Shown one piece after another: positions 7,864 through 18,143 of a stretch of DNA of 64,000 nt (position 1 is its first letter; each line of letters starts with the position of its first letter). Source of the DNA: Oscillospiraceae bacterium (lineage in GTDB: Bacteria; Bacillota; Clostridia; Oscillospirales; Acutalibacteraceae). Where the stretch lies: positions 31,776-95,775 of the forward strand of contig SVPW01000002.1 of assembly GCA_015065645.1 (NCBI GenBank), in the 5' to 3' direction. The position numbers and the translations under genes are program-made. The notes below the pieces were generated by a model, which was given only the letters and a program-made list of their open reading frames with translations, had not been told where the DNA came from and did not search any database.

Positions 7864-10503
7864 TTAATTCTTTTTAGGCATATCGGCTTCTTTAAAATGC
7901 TTGCCGTAATATGCGTTAAGATACATCTGCTTAATTTCACTCATCAAAGGATAACGTGGGTTAGCACCTGTGCACTGGTCATCAAATGCCTGCTCAACCA
8001 TATCGTCAAGACGGTCAAGGAAATCCTTTTCGTCTGCAACATAATCACGTATGGTTTCCTTAATGCCAACCTTTGCTTTAAGCTCATTTATAGCCTTGAT
8101 AAGTCTTTCAAGCTTCTGAGCATCCGTCTTGCCGCCAAGACCCAGATAATCAGCAACCTGAGCATATCTTGCCAGCGTGTGGGGATGGTCATACTGAGAG
8201 AATGTACCCATTTTTGCAGGAGCTTCTGCCGCATTAAAACGGATAACCTCTTCAATCATAAGTGCGTTTGCAACACCGTGTGGCAAATGATGGAATGCAC
8301 CAAGCTTATGTGCCATAGAGTGGCATACACCAAGGAACGCATTAGCAAATGCCATACCTGCCATAGTTGCGGCATTAGCCATTTTTTCTCTTGCCACGGG
8401 GTCGTTAGCACCGTTATCATAAGCACGTGGCAGATACTCAAAAATAATCTTGAGTGATTGCAGTGCAAGACCGTCGGTATAATCGGTTGCAAGCATTGCG
8501 GCATAAGCCTCCAATGCATGGGTAACAGCGTCAATACCCGAAGCCGCTGTAAGGCCTTTTGGTGCGCTCATATGAAGATCGGCATCAATAATAGCCATAT
8601 TGGGAAGCAACTCATAATCTGCCAAAGGATACTTAATACCGGTGGTTTCATCGGTAATAACAGCAAAAGGTGTAACCTCACTACCTGTACCGGCAGATGT
8701 AGGAATAGCGATAAAGTAAGCCTTTTCACCCATTTTCGGGAATGTGTATACACGCTTGCGTATATCTACAAAGCGCATTGCCATATCCATAAAGTCAGCA
8801 TCGGGATGCTCATAAAGAACCCACATAATCTTAGCGGCATCCATTGCAGAGCCACCACCCAATGCAATAATGCAATCAGGCTTGAATGCTGCCATTTGAG
8901 CAGCACCCTCTTTTGCGTTACCAAGTGTTGGATCAGGCTGAACATTAAAGAATGTAGTATGAACGATACCCATTTCATCAAGCTTATCGGAAATAGGTTT
9001 AGTGTAACCATTTTCATAAAGGAATGTATCGGTTACAATAAATGCTCTCTTTTTGCCCATAACCGAGCCCAACTCATCCAAAGCTACCGGCAAGCAGCCC
9101 TTTTTCATATATATCTTCTGCGGAGCTCTGAACCAAAGCATATTCTCTCTCCTCTCGGCAACGGTTTTAATATTTAATAAGTGCTTAACTCCAACATTTT
9201 CTGAAACTGAGTTTCCACCCCAAGAACCACAGCCCAAGGTGAGTGACGGAGCTAACTTAAAGTTATAAAGATCACCTATACCGCCCTGAGAAGATGGTGT
9301 GTTAACAAGTATACGGCAGGTTTTCATTCGTGCGGCAAACTCACTGAGCTTTTCGGTTTCGGTAAGCTCGTTAAGATATACGGAAGAGGTATGTCCGTAA
9401 CCACCGTCTGCCACCAAATGCTCAGCCTTTTGCAAAGCATCCTCAAAATTCTTTGCCTTGTACATTGCAAGTACGGGGCTTAATTTTTCGTGAGCAAACT
9501 CTTCCGAAAGCTCAACACTTTCAACCTCACCTATAAGTATCTTAGTACCCTCCGGCACCTTAACACCTGCAAGAGAAGCAATCGTAGCCGCCTTTTGACC
9601 AACTATCTTAGCATTGAGTGCGCCGTTTATAATAATTGTTTTTCTAACCTTTTCGGTTTCTTCCTCATTGAGGAAATAGCAACCACGTGCGGCAAACTCA
9701 GCCTTTACGGCATCGTAAACACTTTCAATAACAATAACCGACTGCTCAGATGCACATATCATACCGTTATCAAAGGTTTTTGAATGAATAATAGAGTTTA
9801 CAGCAAGTAAAATATCGGCTGTATCATCAATGATTGCAGGGGTATTACCTGCACCAACGCCCAATGCAGGCTTACCGCTTGAATAAGCCGCCTTTACCAT
9901 TCCGGGACCGCCCGTTGCAAGGATAATATCTGCCTCTTTCATAACCATATTGGTCATATCAAGGCTTGGTACATCAATCCATGCAATAATATCTTCGGGA
10001 GCGCCTGCCTTAACTGCGGCTTCTAAAACAAGCTTAGCTGCCGCAATGGTGGAGTTCTTTGCGCGCGGATGCGGACTGATGATAATACCGTTTCTGGTTT
10101 TAAGAGCCAAAAGCGTCTTAAAAATAGCGGTAGATGTGGGGTTAGTTGTAGGGATAACAGCGGCAATAACACCGATAGGCTCAGCTATCTTCTTCATTCC
10201 GTAAGCTTTATCCTCTTCAATAACACCGCATGTTTTAGTATTTTTATAAGCATTGTAAATATATTCCGAAGCATAGTGGTTCTTTATAACCTTATCTTCA
10301 ACAACACCCATTCCCGTTTCTTCCACAGCCTGCTTTGCAAGTGTGATACGGGCCTTATTTGCGGCAGATGCAGCCGCTAAAAATATAGCGTCTACCTGTT
10401 GTTGTGTGTAACCGGCAAATTTCTTTTGTGCGGCACGTACTCTGTTTATAGCCGCCTCTAATTTTTCAACGCCGTCTACAATTTCATAAACCTTTTCGTT
10501 CAT
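7864..10503 (-). CDS. adhE: Bifunctional acetaldehyde-CoA/alcohol dehydrogenase
   Basis: 879 aa with an N-terminal aldehyde dehydrogenase half and a C-terminal iron-type ADH half (GGGSAMDAAK motif). Confidence 0.95.
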   Translation of the reverse strand: MNEKVYEIVDGVEKLEAAINRVRAAQKKFAGYTQQQVDAIFLAAASAANKARITLAKQAVEETGMGVVEDKVIKNHYASEYIYNAYKNTKTCGVIEEDKAYGMKKIAEPIGVIAAVIPTTNPTSTAIFKTLLALKTRNGIIISPHPRAKNSTIAAAKLVLEAAVKAGAPEDIIAWIDVPSLDMTNMVMKEADIILATGGPGMVKAAYSSGKPALGVGAGNTPAIIDDTADILLAVNSIIHSKTFDNGMICASEQSVIVIESVYDAVKAEFAARGCYFLNEEETEKVRKTIIINGALNAKIVGQKAATIASLAGVKVPEGTKILIGEVESVELSEEFAHEKLSPVLAMYKAKNFEDALQKAEHLVADGGYGHTSSVYLNELTETEKLSEFAARMKTCRILVNTPSSQGGIGDLYNFKLAPSLTLGCGSWGGNSVSENVGVKHLLNIKTVAERRENMLWFRAPQKIYMKKGCLPVALDELGSVMGKKRAFIVTDTFLYENGYTKPISDKLDEMGIVHTTFFNVQPDPTLGNAKEGAAQMAAFKPDCIIALGGGSAMDAAKIMWVLYEHPDADFMDMAMRFVDIRKRVYTFPKMGEKAYFIAIPTSAGTGSEVTPFAVITDETTGIKYPLADYELLPNMAIIDADLHMSAPKGLTAASGIDAVTHALEAYAAMLATDYTDGLALQSLKIIFEYLPRAYDNGANDPVAREKMANAATMAGMAFANAFLGVCHSMAHKLGAFHHLPHGVANALMIEEVIRFNAAEAPAKMGTFSQYDHPHTLARYAQVADYLGLGGKTDAQKLERLIKAINELKAKVGIKETIRDYVADEKDFLDRLDDMVEQAFDDQCTGANPRYPLMSEIKQMYLNAYYGKHFKEADMPKKN

Positions 10504-10570
10504 AATTTTCCTCCTGATAAAAAATCCGTTTGCGAAATATGGTTTTGTTTTTAAATCAACGATTGTTATT

Positions 10571-10599
10571 ATTTTAACATACCTCCACCCATTTGTAAA
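10571..10599 (-). promoter_or_regulatory. Candidate sigma-A promoter of adhE
   Basis: On the minus strand: TTTACA, 17-nt spacer, TAAAAT. Confidence 0.4.
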
Positions 10600-10712
10600 T
10601 ACAAAATTTTTATATATTTTTGCATATATTATTATATTTTCTGTTTTTTAACTTGAAAATTCGGCTTTATAACTGTAATATATACTTAAATTAAACATAA
10701 AAGGAAGATTTT

Positions 10713-11000
10713 ATGCCTTTGGTATATTGGATTATTTTTATATTTATTTGTTTTATAAATCTTATTTCCGTAATAATCTGCATCCTTGATAAACACCGTG
10801 CCGTAAAAAAGGGCAGAAGGATAAGGGAACGCACCTTAATTCTGCTTTGTATTTTCGGCGGTTCACCATTTATGTATGCAACAATGATTTTTATCCGCCA
10901 TAAAACACGGCATATAAAATTTATGCTTGGTATACCGCTTATATTTGCAATTCAGTTCACCTTGGCGTTATTTTTCATCAGTAAATACTTGACAATATAA
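10713..11000 (+). CDS. DUF1294-family small membrane protein
   Basis: 95 aa with the typical DKxxAxKxxxRIxExTL motif (LDKHRAVKKGRRIRERTL) and hydrophobic helices. Confidence 0.65.
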   Translation: MPLVYWIIFIFICFINLISVIICILDKHRAVKKGRRIRERTLILLCIFGGSPFMYATMIFIRHKTRHIKFMLGIPLIFAIQFTLALFFISKYLTI

Positions 11001-11017
11001 CATTTAAGCCATATAAT
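10989..11017 (+). promoter_or_regulatory. Consensus sigma-A promoter for the FMN riboswitch-ribU unit
   Basis: TTGACA 10989..10994, 17-nt spacer, TATAAT 11012..11017. Confidence 0.7.
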
Positions 11018-11028
11018 ATTATGCAGAA

Positions 11029-11145
11029 AACTTCAGGGCGAGGTGCAATTCCTCACCGGTGGTAAAGCCCACGAGCCTTATATATAATTTAAGGTTGATT
11101 CGGTCCAATTCCGAAGCCGACGGTACAGTCCGGATGAAAGAAGTT
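11029..11145 (+). promoter_or_regulatory. FMN riboswitch (RFN element)
   Basis: CUUCAGGGCGAGGUGCAAUUCCUCACCGGUGGUAAAGCCCACGAGCC...GGUUGAUUCGGUCCAAUUCCGAAGCCGACGGUACAGUCCGGAUGAAAGAAG matches the RFN consensus. The P1 helix is AACUUC/GAAGUU. Confidence 0.92.
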
Positions 11146-11177
11146 AAATGCACTTTTAATTTATTTGCATTTTTCAC

Positions 11178-11206
11178 GCCCTCACTTTTTTGTGGGGGCT
11201 TTCTTT
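11178..11206 (+). terminator. Riboswitch expression-platform terminator
   Basis: gccctcac / gtgggggc hairpin followed by a T-rich run, located between the aptamer and the ribU RBS. Confidence 0.6.
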
Positions 11207-11232
11207 ACGCCCTAAAACAGGAGGAATTTTAT

Positions 11233-11895
11233 ATGCCACAAAAAAACATTAAAAAGCTTGCAGTTTCTGCCATGCTTACCGCACTTGCTTTTTTGCTAAC
11301 ATTCTGTACTTCTTTTTTTAAGGTAAGCGGTTTTTTATCACTTGACCTAAAGGATGCCGTGCTTTCCGTAATTTCTCTTATGTATGGCCCGCTTTACGGA
11401 ATTATATCTGTTTTGGCGGTAGCTCTGCTTGAATTTATCACCATAAGCTCAACAGGTGTTTACGGGCTCATAATGAACATCTTAGCCAGCGGTACATTTG
11501 TGCTTGTATGCGGTTTGGTTTATAAATTTAAGCGTGATTTTTTCGGTGCAATACTTGCAGGTATACTTACCGTTATTTCGGTAACAGCAGTTATGATTAC
11601 GGCAAATATTTTTATTACACCATATTATCTTAAAATGCCAACTCAGGTAGTGCTTGATATGATATTACCTATACTTCTTCCCTTTAACCTCTTTAAATCT
11701 GTGCTTAATTCCTCTCTTATGCTTCTCATTTATAAACCTTTTACCACTGTTTTAAAGAAAAACAGGCTTTTAGATAATCAAAACGAAAAGGCATACAAAA
11801 TGAATAAACGCTCTATTATACTTATTTGTGTTTCTGCACTTTTAGTAATTATTGCTATTTCTGTAATGATTTACTTGGGTATAGAAATTAAATAA
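11233..11895 (+). CDS. ribU: Riboflavin ECF-transporter S component
   Basis: The start is reassigned to ATG 11233 (AGGAGG upstream), because the track ORF start at 11059 would translate the riboswitch. 220-aa multi-TM protein directly downstream of the FMN riboswitch. Confidence 0.8.
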   Translation: MPQKNIKKLAVSAMLTALAFLLTFCTSFFKVSGFLSLDLKDAVLSVISLMYGPLYGIISVLAVALLEFITISSTGVYGLIMNILASGTFVLVCGLVYKFKRDFFGAILAGILTVISVTAVMITANIFITPYYLKMPTQVVLDMILPILLPFNLFKSVLNSSLMLLIYKPFTTVLKKNRLLDNQNEKAYKMNKRSIILICVSALLVIIAISVMIYLGIEIK

Positions 11896-11909
11896 TTAAT
11901 TATTTTCTC

Positions 11910-11937
11910 TTGACAAATCGTTATTTTGTGATAAAAT
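11910..11937 (+). promoter_or_regulatory. Candidate promoter of the SAM riboswitch-metK unit
   Basis: TTGACA 11910..11915, 16-nt spacer, extended -10 TGaTAAAAT. Confidence 0.6.
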
Positions 11938-11960
11938 ACTTTTTGCAAACCGAATATTTC

Positions 11961-12055
11961 CTTATCAAGAGTGGTGGAGGGAACAGGCCCGTTGAAACCC
12001 GGCAACCTGTCTTTATGACAAGGTGCCAAATCCTGCGGAGAATCCGAAAGATGAG
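11961..12055 (+). promoter_or_regulatory. SAM-I riboswitch (S-box)
   Basis: CUUAUCAAGAGUGGUGGAGGGAACAGGCCCGUUGAAACCCGGCAACC...GGUGCCAAAUCCUGC...AGAUGAG matches the S-box consensus. Confidence 0.92.
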
Positions 12056-12061
12056 GCTTTT

Positions 12062-12090
12062 AACCGTCTCCTTTCGGGAGGCGGTTTTTT
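12062..12090 (+). terminator. S-box terminator
   Basis: accgtctcc / ggaggcggt hairpin followed by TTTTTT. Confidence 0.8.
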
Positions 12091-12135
12091 AATAGTTATT
12101 TTAAAAGAATTATAATATGAAAGGAAGTTTTTTAA

Positions 12136-13320
12136 ATGGCAAAAATGCTTTTTACATCCGAATCTGTAAACGAAGGTCATCCCGATAAGGTGAGTGACCA
12201 GGTTTCTGACGCTATTCTTGATGCTATCATAGCCCAAGACCCCAAGGCCCGTGTTGCTTGCGAAACATTCTGCACAACAGGTATTGTTACCGTTATGGGT
12301 GAAATCACCACCACCGCACAGGTAGATATTCCTGCAATCGTACGCGAAGTTCTCTGTGATATAGGCTACAACGGTGCAGATGCCGGATTTGACGGCAACA
12401 CCTGCGCTGTTATGACCGCTATTGACAAGCAGTCCCCCGATATTGCCTTAGGTGTTGACCATTCTATGGAGTTTAAGGGCGGTGAAGAGGATGTTTACAA
12501 TCTTCACGGTGCAGGCGACCAGGGTATGATGTTCGGCTATGCTTGCGATGAAACTGCGGAGCTTATGCCGCTTTCCACCTCTCTTGCACACCACCTTTCA
12601 AAGAGACTTACCGATGTAAGAAAAGACGGCACTCTCCCCTATCTTCGTCCTGACGGAAAAACGCAGGTAACCGTTGAATATAATGACGGTGTGCCCACCC
12701 GTGTTGATGCTGTGGTTGTTTCCAGCCAGCACACTGCAGATGTTGAACTTGAGACCTTGCGTAAGGGCATTTTGGAAGAGGTTATAAAGCCTATTATCCC
12801 TGCAAATTTACTTGATGAAAACACCAAGTTCTATATCAATCCCACAGGCCGCTTTGTTGTAGGCGGACCTCAGGGTGATACAGGTCTTACAGGCAGAAAG
12901 ATAATCGTTGATACCTACGGCGGTATGGCACGCCACGGCGGCGGCGCATTTTCGGGTAAGGACCCCACAAAGGTTGACCGCAGTGCCGCTTATGCCGCAA
13001 GATATGTTGCAAAAAATGTTGTTGCAGCAGGTCTTGCCAAAAAGTGCGAGGTTCAGCTTGCCTATGCAATAGGTGTTGCAAAGCCGGTATCCGTAATGAT
13101 AGATACATTCGGCACAGGTACTGTTTCTGACGAAAAGATAGCTGAGGCTGTTTCAAAGGTATTTGACCTTCGTCCTGCCGCTATTATTGATACTTTACAG
13201 CTTCGCCGCCCAATCTTCCGCAAGACCACAAACTACGGTCATTTTGGTCGTGAGGATGCTGATTTCCGTTGGGAATACACCGATAGAGTAGATGCACTTA
13301 AAGCCGCAGTAAAGGCATAA
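12136..13320 (+). CDS. metK: S-adenosylmethionine synthetase
   Basis: 394 aa with the canonical [14 protein letters not shown]-terminus and [16 protein letters not shown] motif. Confidence 0.97.
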   Translation: MAKMLFTSESVNEGHPDKVSDQVSDAILDAIIAQDPKARVACETFCTTGIVTVMGEITTTAQVDIPAIVREVLCDIGYNGADAGFDGNTCAVMTAIDKQSPDIALGVDHSMEFKGGEEDVYNLHGAGDQGMMFGYACDETAELMPLSTSLAHHLSKRLTDVRKDGTLPYLRPDGKTQVTVEYNDGVPTRVDAVVVSSQHTADVELETLRKGILEEVIKPIIPANLLDENTKFYINPTGRFVVGGPQGDTGLTGRKIIVDTYGGMARHGGGAFSGKDPTKVDRSAAYAARYVAKNVVAAGLAKKCEVQLAYAIGVAKPVSVMIDTFGTGTVSDEKIAEAVSKVFDLRPAAIIDTLQLRRPIFRKTTNYGHFGREDADFRWEYTDRVDALKAAVKA

Positions 13321-13331
13321 TTATAAAAAAT

Positions 13332-13361
13332 GTCGGCCCCGTTTCGGAGCCGACTTTTTTT
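13332..13361 (+). terminator. metK terminator
   Basis: gtcggc...gccgac hairpin followed by a T-run. Confidence 0.75.
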
Positions 13362-13468
13362 ATAAACCAAAATTAAAAGTCAAAAACAGATAAACTAAAA
13401 AAGCGTATCGAAATGTTGTTGCAAAATGCCAAAATCCCCTTATAATATAAATTGTAAGGAGTGATATT

Positions 13469-14599
13469 ATGGATTTTAAAAAATACTTGACCGATAATGT
13501 TTTAAAATTCTGGCTTGATAATGCTATTGACTACGAAAAAGGCGGTATTTTCACCTGCCTTGACCGTGAGGGTAAAATATACGGCGAAGAAAAAAGCGTT
13601 TGGTTTCAAGGCCGTGCACTTTACATTTTCTCTTACGCTTACAACAATGTAGAAAAAAATCCTGAATATTTAAAGGCGGCAGAAGCAATTTACAAATTCT
13701 TGCCCACCTGCACCGACACCGACGACAGAATGTTCTTCACCGTTACCCGTGACGGTAAGGAAATTCAAAAACGCAGATACTATTTTTCAGAAACCTTTGC
13801 CGCAATAGGATGTTGTGAATACTACCTTGCAACAGGAAATGAGGAGGCAAAAAGTAAGGCGGAATACTATTTTGATACCGCCTACAACATATACAAAGAC
13901 CCCTCCCTTTCAGCACCTAAATTCAACCCCGAAAATGTGCGTTTACATTCCCTTTCACCCTCTATGATTATGCTTTCTACCGCACAGGTGCTTAGAAAGA
14001 TAGACAAAGAAAAGTATGACCCAATTGCAAATGAAAGCGTAAAGCAGATACTTATGCACCTTACCGATAAGGGACTGCTTGAAAATGTAAGTCCGGAGGG
14101 TGAATTTGTAAATACCCCCACAGGCCGTATTGTAAATCCCGGTCACAGCCTTGAAGCCGCTTGGTTTTTAATGAGTGAGGGTATGTATACAGGCGATAAG
14201 AAGCTATTGGAAACAGGTAAGGACATAATTGATATTTCTATGAAATTAGGTCTTGATAACGGCGGTATTATTTCTTTCTGTGACTGCTTGGGTCACCCCG
14301 CAGTAGCACTTGAATGGGATATGAAGCTTTGGTGGCCGCAATGTGAAGCAATTATTGCAAACCGCCTATGTTTCGAGCTATTCGGTGAAGAAAAATACTT
14401 AGAGCAGTATAAAGATTTACTTGAATATACCGATAAATACTTTGCCGATAAGGAGTGCGGCGAATGGTACGGCTATTTGCATTATGATTCCACCGTTGCC
14501 AACACATTAAAGGGTAATATTTTCAAAGGTCCGTTCCACCTGCCAAGAATGTTAATGATAGTGGATAAAATAGAAAACGGAACATATAACGGTCTGTAA
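13469..14599 (+). CDS. AGE-family (N-acylglucosamine 2-epimerase-like) epimerase/isomerase
   Basis: 376 aa with (alpha/alpha)6-barrel-type sequence features (FWLDNAIDYEKGGIF, NPGHSLEAAWF, WWPQCEA, GPFHLPR). Confidence 0.7.
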   Translation: MDFKKYLTDNVLKFWLDNAIDYEKGGIFTCLDREGKIYGEEKSVWFQGRALYIFSYAYNNVEKNPEYLKAAEAIYKFLPTCTDTDDRMFFTVTRDGKEIQKRRYYFSETFAAIGCCEYYLATGNEEAKSKAEYYFDTAYNIYKDPSLSAPKFNPENVRLHSLSPSMIMLSTAQVLRKIDKEKYDPIANESVKQILMHLTDKGLLENVSPEGEFVNTPTGRIVNPGHSLEAAWFLMSEGMYTGDKKLLETGKDIIDISMKLGLDNGGIISFCDCLGHPAVALEWDMKLWWPQCEAIIANRLCFELFGEEKYLEQYKDLLEYTDKYFADKECGEWYGYLHYDSTVANTLKGNIFKGPFHLPRMLMIVDKIENGTYNGL

Positions 14600-14619
14600 A
14601 ACAATATTTCCACATAAAA

Positions 14620-14655
14620 AACCTCATTCACTTCATATATTGAGTGAATGAGGTT
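14620..14655. terminator. Bidirectional terminator between the convergent AGE and glnA genes
   Basis: 13-bp stem aacctcattcact / agtgaatgaggtt, flanked by A- and T-runs. Confidence 0.75.
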
Positions 14656-14692
14656 TTAATTTTTTTACTATTCAAAAATTAAATATTGAAAA

Positions 14693-16117
14693 TTAAAGAT
14701 TATAATACTTATCAAATTCAGCAGGATGCGGAATTGCGGCAAGCTGTCTGCATTCAGCACGCTTTGTCTTAATAAAGTTGCGAATAAGCTCTTCGGGGAA
14801 TACTCCACCCTCAGTAAGATAAGCAAAATCCTTTTCAAGGCAATCAAGAGCTTCATCAAGAGATACAGGAAGACCCTGAAGCTTTGCTTTTTCCTCCTCA
14901 GGAAGATTATAAAGGTTCATATCATAAGGACCCCAACCGTTTGCATGAGGATCTATCTTATTCTTAACACCATCAAGACCTGCCATAAGTATTGCTGCAT
15001 AGCAGAAATAAGGATTGCAGGTAGCATCAGGATTACGAAGCTCAAAACGGCGCTTATCAGGACTCTTTGCATAAGCGGGAATACGGATAACCGCACTTCT
15101 GTTAGAGGTTGCATAGCCCACAGTTACAGGTGCCTCAAAACCGGGAACCAAACGCTTAAATGAATTGGTGCTGGGGTTAGTGATAGCACAAAGAGAACCA
15201 ATATGCTTTAAAAGACCGCCAATGAAATAATGAGCAGTTTCACTAAGGTGTGAATAACCATTATCATCAGAGAATACGGGCTGACCGTCCTTGAAAAGAA
15301 GCATATGCACATGCATACCGCTACCTGCTTCACCATAAATAGGCTTAGGCATAAAGGTTGCACTTTTACCGTATTTAAGAGCAGTATTATGAATAATATA
15401 CTTTATCATCATTGTAGCATCTGCCATGTGAACAACCTCACCAAGCTGAGGCTCAATTTCAAACTGACCCGAAGCCGCAACCTCTGGATGATGATAATTT
15501 ATTTCAATGCCTGCATCCTTCATAAGCATACACATTTCACTACGGCACTCATAAGAGGTATCAAACGGCTTTGCAATATGATAGTTCTTCTGCTTTGCAA
15601 CTACAACACCGTGACCCTCATTACCCGAATTCCAATATGACTGCTTAGCATCAACAGTAGCACCTATGTACTGACCGTCAACATTCCAGGTGACATCATC
15701 AAAAAGATAAAACTCAAACTCAGGCAATATCTTCATTTCATCAGCAACACCGCTGTTTTTCATATATTCAACAGCAGCCTTTATGATGTTACGGGGATAT
15801 TGTGCCAAAGGACGGTTTTCAGGAGTGTCAATTATCATTGCATTACCTGTCATTGAAAGGGTTGGAATATCGCAGAAAGGATCAATCACGGCAGTATCAG
15901 GATCGGGAATAAATACCATATCGCTTTTTTCAACCACTGCATAACCGTAGTTAGAAGCATCAAAACCGATACCGCTTTTCATGGTGTCCTCAGAAAAGTT
16001 TTCTGCAGGAATGGTAACATGACGGTACTGACCGTTAATATCTACCATTTTGAAATCGACCATTTTTATGTCATTTTCTTTAATAAGCTCAAGAATATCG
16101 TGAACAGTTTTTGCCAT
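14693..16117 (-). CDS. glnA: Glutamine synthetase, type I (E. coli-like GSI-beta form)
   Basis: 474 aa, collinear with E. coli GlnA as I remember it (HHPEVA, GSGMHVHM, NSFKRLVPGFEAP, NLYNLPEEE). Confidence 0.9.
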   Translation of the reverse strand: MAKTVHDILELIKENDIKMVDFKMVDINGQYRHVTIPAENFSEDTMKSGIGFDASNYGYAVVEKSDMVFIPDPDTAVIDPFCDIPTLSMTGNAMIIDTPENRPLAQYPRNIIKAAVEYMKNSGVADEMKILPEFEFYLFDDVTWNVDGQYIGATVDAKQSYWNSGNEGHGVVVAKQKNYHIAKPFDTSYECRSEMCMLMKDAGIEINYHHPEVAASGQFEIEPQLGEVVHMADATMMIKYIIHNTALKYGKSATFMPKPIYGEAGSGMHVHMLLFKDGQPVFSDDNGYSHLSETAHYFIGGLLKHIGSLCAITNPSTNSFKRLVPGFEAPVTVGYATSNRSAVIRIPAYAKSPDKRRFELRNPDATCNPYFCYAAILMAGLDGVKNKIDPHANGWGPYDMNLYNLPEEEKAKLQGLPVSLDEALDCLEKDFAYLTEGGVFPEELIRNFIKTKRAECRQLAAIPHPAEFDKYYNL

Positions 16118-16248
16118 AAAATCATACCTCTTTTTCTATTTATGATATTAAATTTAATATAACAAATTTTTCTATTTTTGTCAATATATCGTGTTGAAAA
16201 TGTTTGTATTTTAACAACATATTGTAAAAAGTATGATTTTTCATCTAT

Positions 16249-17148
16249 TCAATCTTTAAAATATTTAAGATTTATCGTAACATCCTCGTTATCAGTTGCA
16301 AGTATCATAATGGGCGAAATACTTGTAAGCCCCTCAACCGTGCCGTCAGCATTTGATATAGCGGTTTGCTGTTTAAAGGATTCATATTCAGTAACCGAAT
16401 TTCCAACCTCAAGCTGTATATCCTTATAAGTAACAGAACATCCCTTTTCAGCCGTTCCGTCTGCAATAGCGTATACAAAAATAACTAAAATACAGTTATC
16501 GTTTGGTTTCTCAGGAATAATTCCTGTCTTTTCTATATAAGAATATTCTTCGTTTGATAATACTTCGGGAGTATTAATAAACGAACCTGCTAATTGATTT
16601 GTTGACTTATCATACCAACCAATACGAAGATTTGCTTTATTGTTAGATGAACACTTCGCCCAACCCGATACCGTAACGGTATCTCCTGCGTTTAAGCCGT
16701 AAAGAGATATAGTTGCAAATCGGTATGTTCCGGCAACAAGATTTTGAGCAACGGTTATTTCATTTTCCGTCACATTCATAATATCCGACTGACCACCCGA
16801 TTTTCCTCCGTTAATATTAAACAGATTTTTCCCGAAACGGCTCACCTTAATTCTCGAAAAATCGCTTACAACATCACTTGTCAAGCTCACATTAAGGTTG
16901 TGTTCGGCAGAGCTGACATCATTAACATGAATTACTTTTCCGCTTGCAGTCGCCTTTTGTGTTTCAGCAGCCGCCTGCCCTGCTTTAAAAACCTTAATGG
17001 TATTTTCCGCAATAGTTCTTATTTTAAAATCAAAAGCGGCAGTATTTATTTCAGCAGGTGTTATATCCTTTATTTTGGATTTTTTCCCCGCTTCAAATAC
17101 CTTAATCTCATTTTCTGCAATTAACACCAATTTTTCCGAAACACTCAT
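16249..17148 (-). CDS. Phage tail-fibre/receptor-binding-type protein with C-terminal jelly-roll (CBM-like) domain
   Basis: The N-terminus carries the duplicated motif IAENEIKVFEAGKK / IAENTIKVFKAGQA. The C-terminus has GWAKCSSNNKANLRIGWYD and IQLEVGNSVTEYE, typical of phage fibre tips. Confidence 0.5.
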   Translation of the reverse strand: MSVSEKLVLIAENEIKVFEAGKKSKIKDITPAEINTAAFDFKIRTIAENTIKVFKAGQAAAETQKATASGKVIHVNDVSSAEHNLNVSLTSDVVSDFSRIKVSRFGKNLFNINGGKSGGQSDIMNVTENEITVAQNLVAGTYRFATISLYGLNAGDTVTVSGWAKCSSNNKANLRIGWYDKSTNQLAGSFINTPEVLSNEEYSYIEKTGIIPEKPNDNCILVIFVYAIADGTAEKGCSVTYKDIQLEVGNSVTEYESFKQQTAISNADGTVEGLTSISPIMILATDNEDVTINLKYFKD

Positions 17149-17972
17149 TCCTCAACACTTCCTATGAGCTGATTTTGAATTTCAATAATTTTATCAAGTG
17201 CCTTTTCAATGCTTTTGTTTGAAATTTCAAGGAAGGTTATATGCAAATATGGTGGATAGGGTGTTATAACCGTTTCTCTAATATCTGTGATAATAAAAGT
17301 ATCATCGGTTTCCGTGTTCAGATATAAATCACCAACATTTGCAGTGGCAAGTTCGTGTGATTTTTCAACAGGTATAGCCATCAACAATCCATACAAATCC
17401 GAATGTTCAACCTCAGTACCTGTAAAAACCTTAACCCCCTTTTTCATCAAAGCCGCACTTGCGGCGGCAGCTAAAGCCGATTCGGTTGCAGAGGCTGCAC
17501 TCTCCTCTGCGTTTCGAGCAGCCTTTTTTGCCGATTGCTCAAGGCTTGTCAGGCTCTCACGGCTTTCATCAAGCTTACCGCTTGCAAACGGCACACCTTT
17601 GAAATAAACACTTACCGGAACGCTTAAAAGCTCCATTTCGGTCTTGCTTTCAGCATTTAACAATGTCACCACCAAAACAATCTTTGCCTCACCGCCTAAG
17701 CGTGTTATATTCTCCCCTAACGGCAGAGTAACTGTTTCCCCTGTAAAGGGGGCAGACTCTGTGCTGTAAAGCGCTCCGCAACTATCAAAGCAATCAAAAC
17801 GGTACTTTAGTTCCTTGCTGTCATCCGCTTGCTGCTGTATCTTTTCAAGTAAAGCCTCTTCAATAGTAAATAAAAGCTGCGTAGCGTTATGCTCGCCCGC
17901 AATACCTGCAAACTGACGGGCATTAGGCGTTACCGCATTTTCATTCACCGTAAATTTAATTTCTCTTATCAT
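17145..17972 (-). CDS. Phage baseplate/tail-fibre-type protein with Ala/Ser-rich coiled coil
   Basis: Start reassigned to the ATG preceded by AAAGGAG (MIREIKFTVNENAV). The central segment SAKKAARNAEESAASATESALAAAASA is fibre-like. The gene overlaps the downstream gene by 4 nt. Confidence 0.45.
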   Translation of the reverse strand: MIREIKFTVNENAVTPNARQFAGIAGEHNATQLLFTIEEALLEKIQQQADDSKELKYRFDCFDSCGALYSTESAPFTGETVTLPLGENITRLGGEAKIVLVVTLLNAESKTEMELLSVPVSVYFKGVPFASGKLDESRESLTSLEQSAKKAARNAEESAASATESALAAAASAALMKKGVKVFTGTEVEHSDLYGLLMAIPVEKSHELATANVGDLYLNTETDDTFIITDIRETVITPYPPYLHITFLEISNKSIEKALDKIIEIQNQLIGSVEE

Positions 17973-18058
17973 ACTTATACTCCTTTTAAAATTTAAAAAT
18001 TCATAACTCAATTAAATAGTTATTTACAAATTAATACCTCCCCCATATACGAAAAACA

Positions 18059-18087
18059 GTTGACATACTTTAACTTATATGCTATTA
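18059..18087 (+). promoter_or_regulatory. Consensus promoter of the XRE gene
   Basis: TTGACA 18059..18064, 17-nt spacer, TATTAT 18082..18087. Confidence 0.6.
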
Positions 18088-18143
18088 TTTATTCGCTTAG
18101 AGTTTATGTTAATCAACTTTATTTCCTATTATAGTTTGAGTTA

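Noticed and set aside
8458-9177. 239-aa plus-strand ORF, along with several other ORFs of 60-190 aa inside 7864..10503
   Set aside because: They are antisense or out of frame within adhE, an unambiguous conserved gene. Their Cys/His/Ile-rich composition is typical of shadow ORFs.
11059-11232. N-terminal extension of the ribU ORF back to 11059
   Set aside because: It would translate through the FMN riboswitch aptamer and its terminator. A proper AGGAGG-ATG start lies at 11233.
11910-12237. ORFs at 11910..12092 (+) and 12013..12237 (-)
   Set aside because: They overlap the metK promoter, the SAM-I riboswitch and its terminator, so the region is explained by RNA elements.
16249-17148. Diversity-generating retroelement targeting the fibre-tip jelly roll
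   Set aside because: No reverse transcriptase gene and no template-repeat copy of the 3' end of the gene is visible anywhere in the window.
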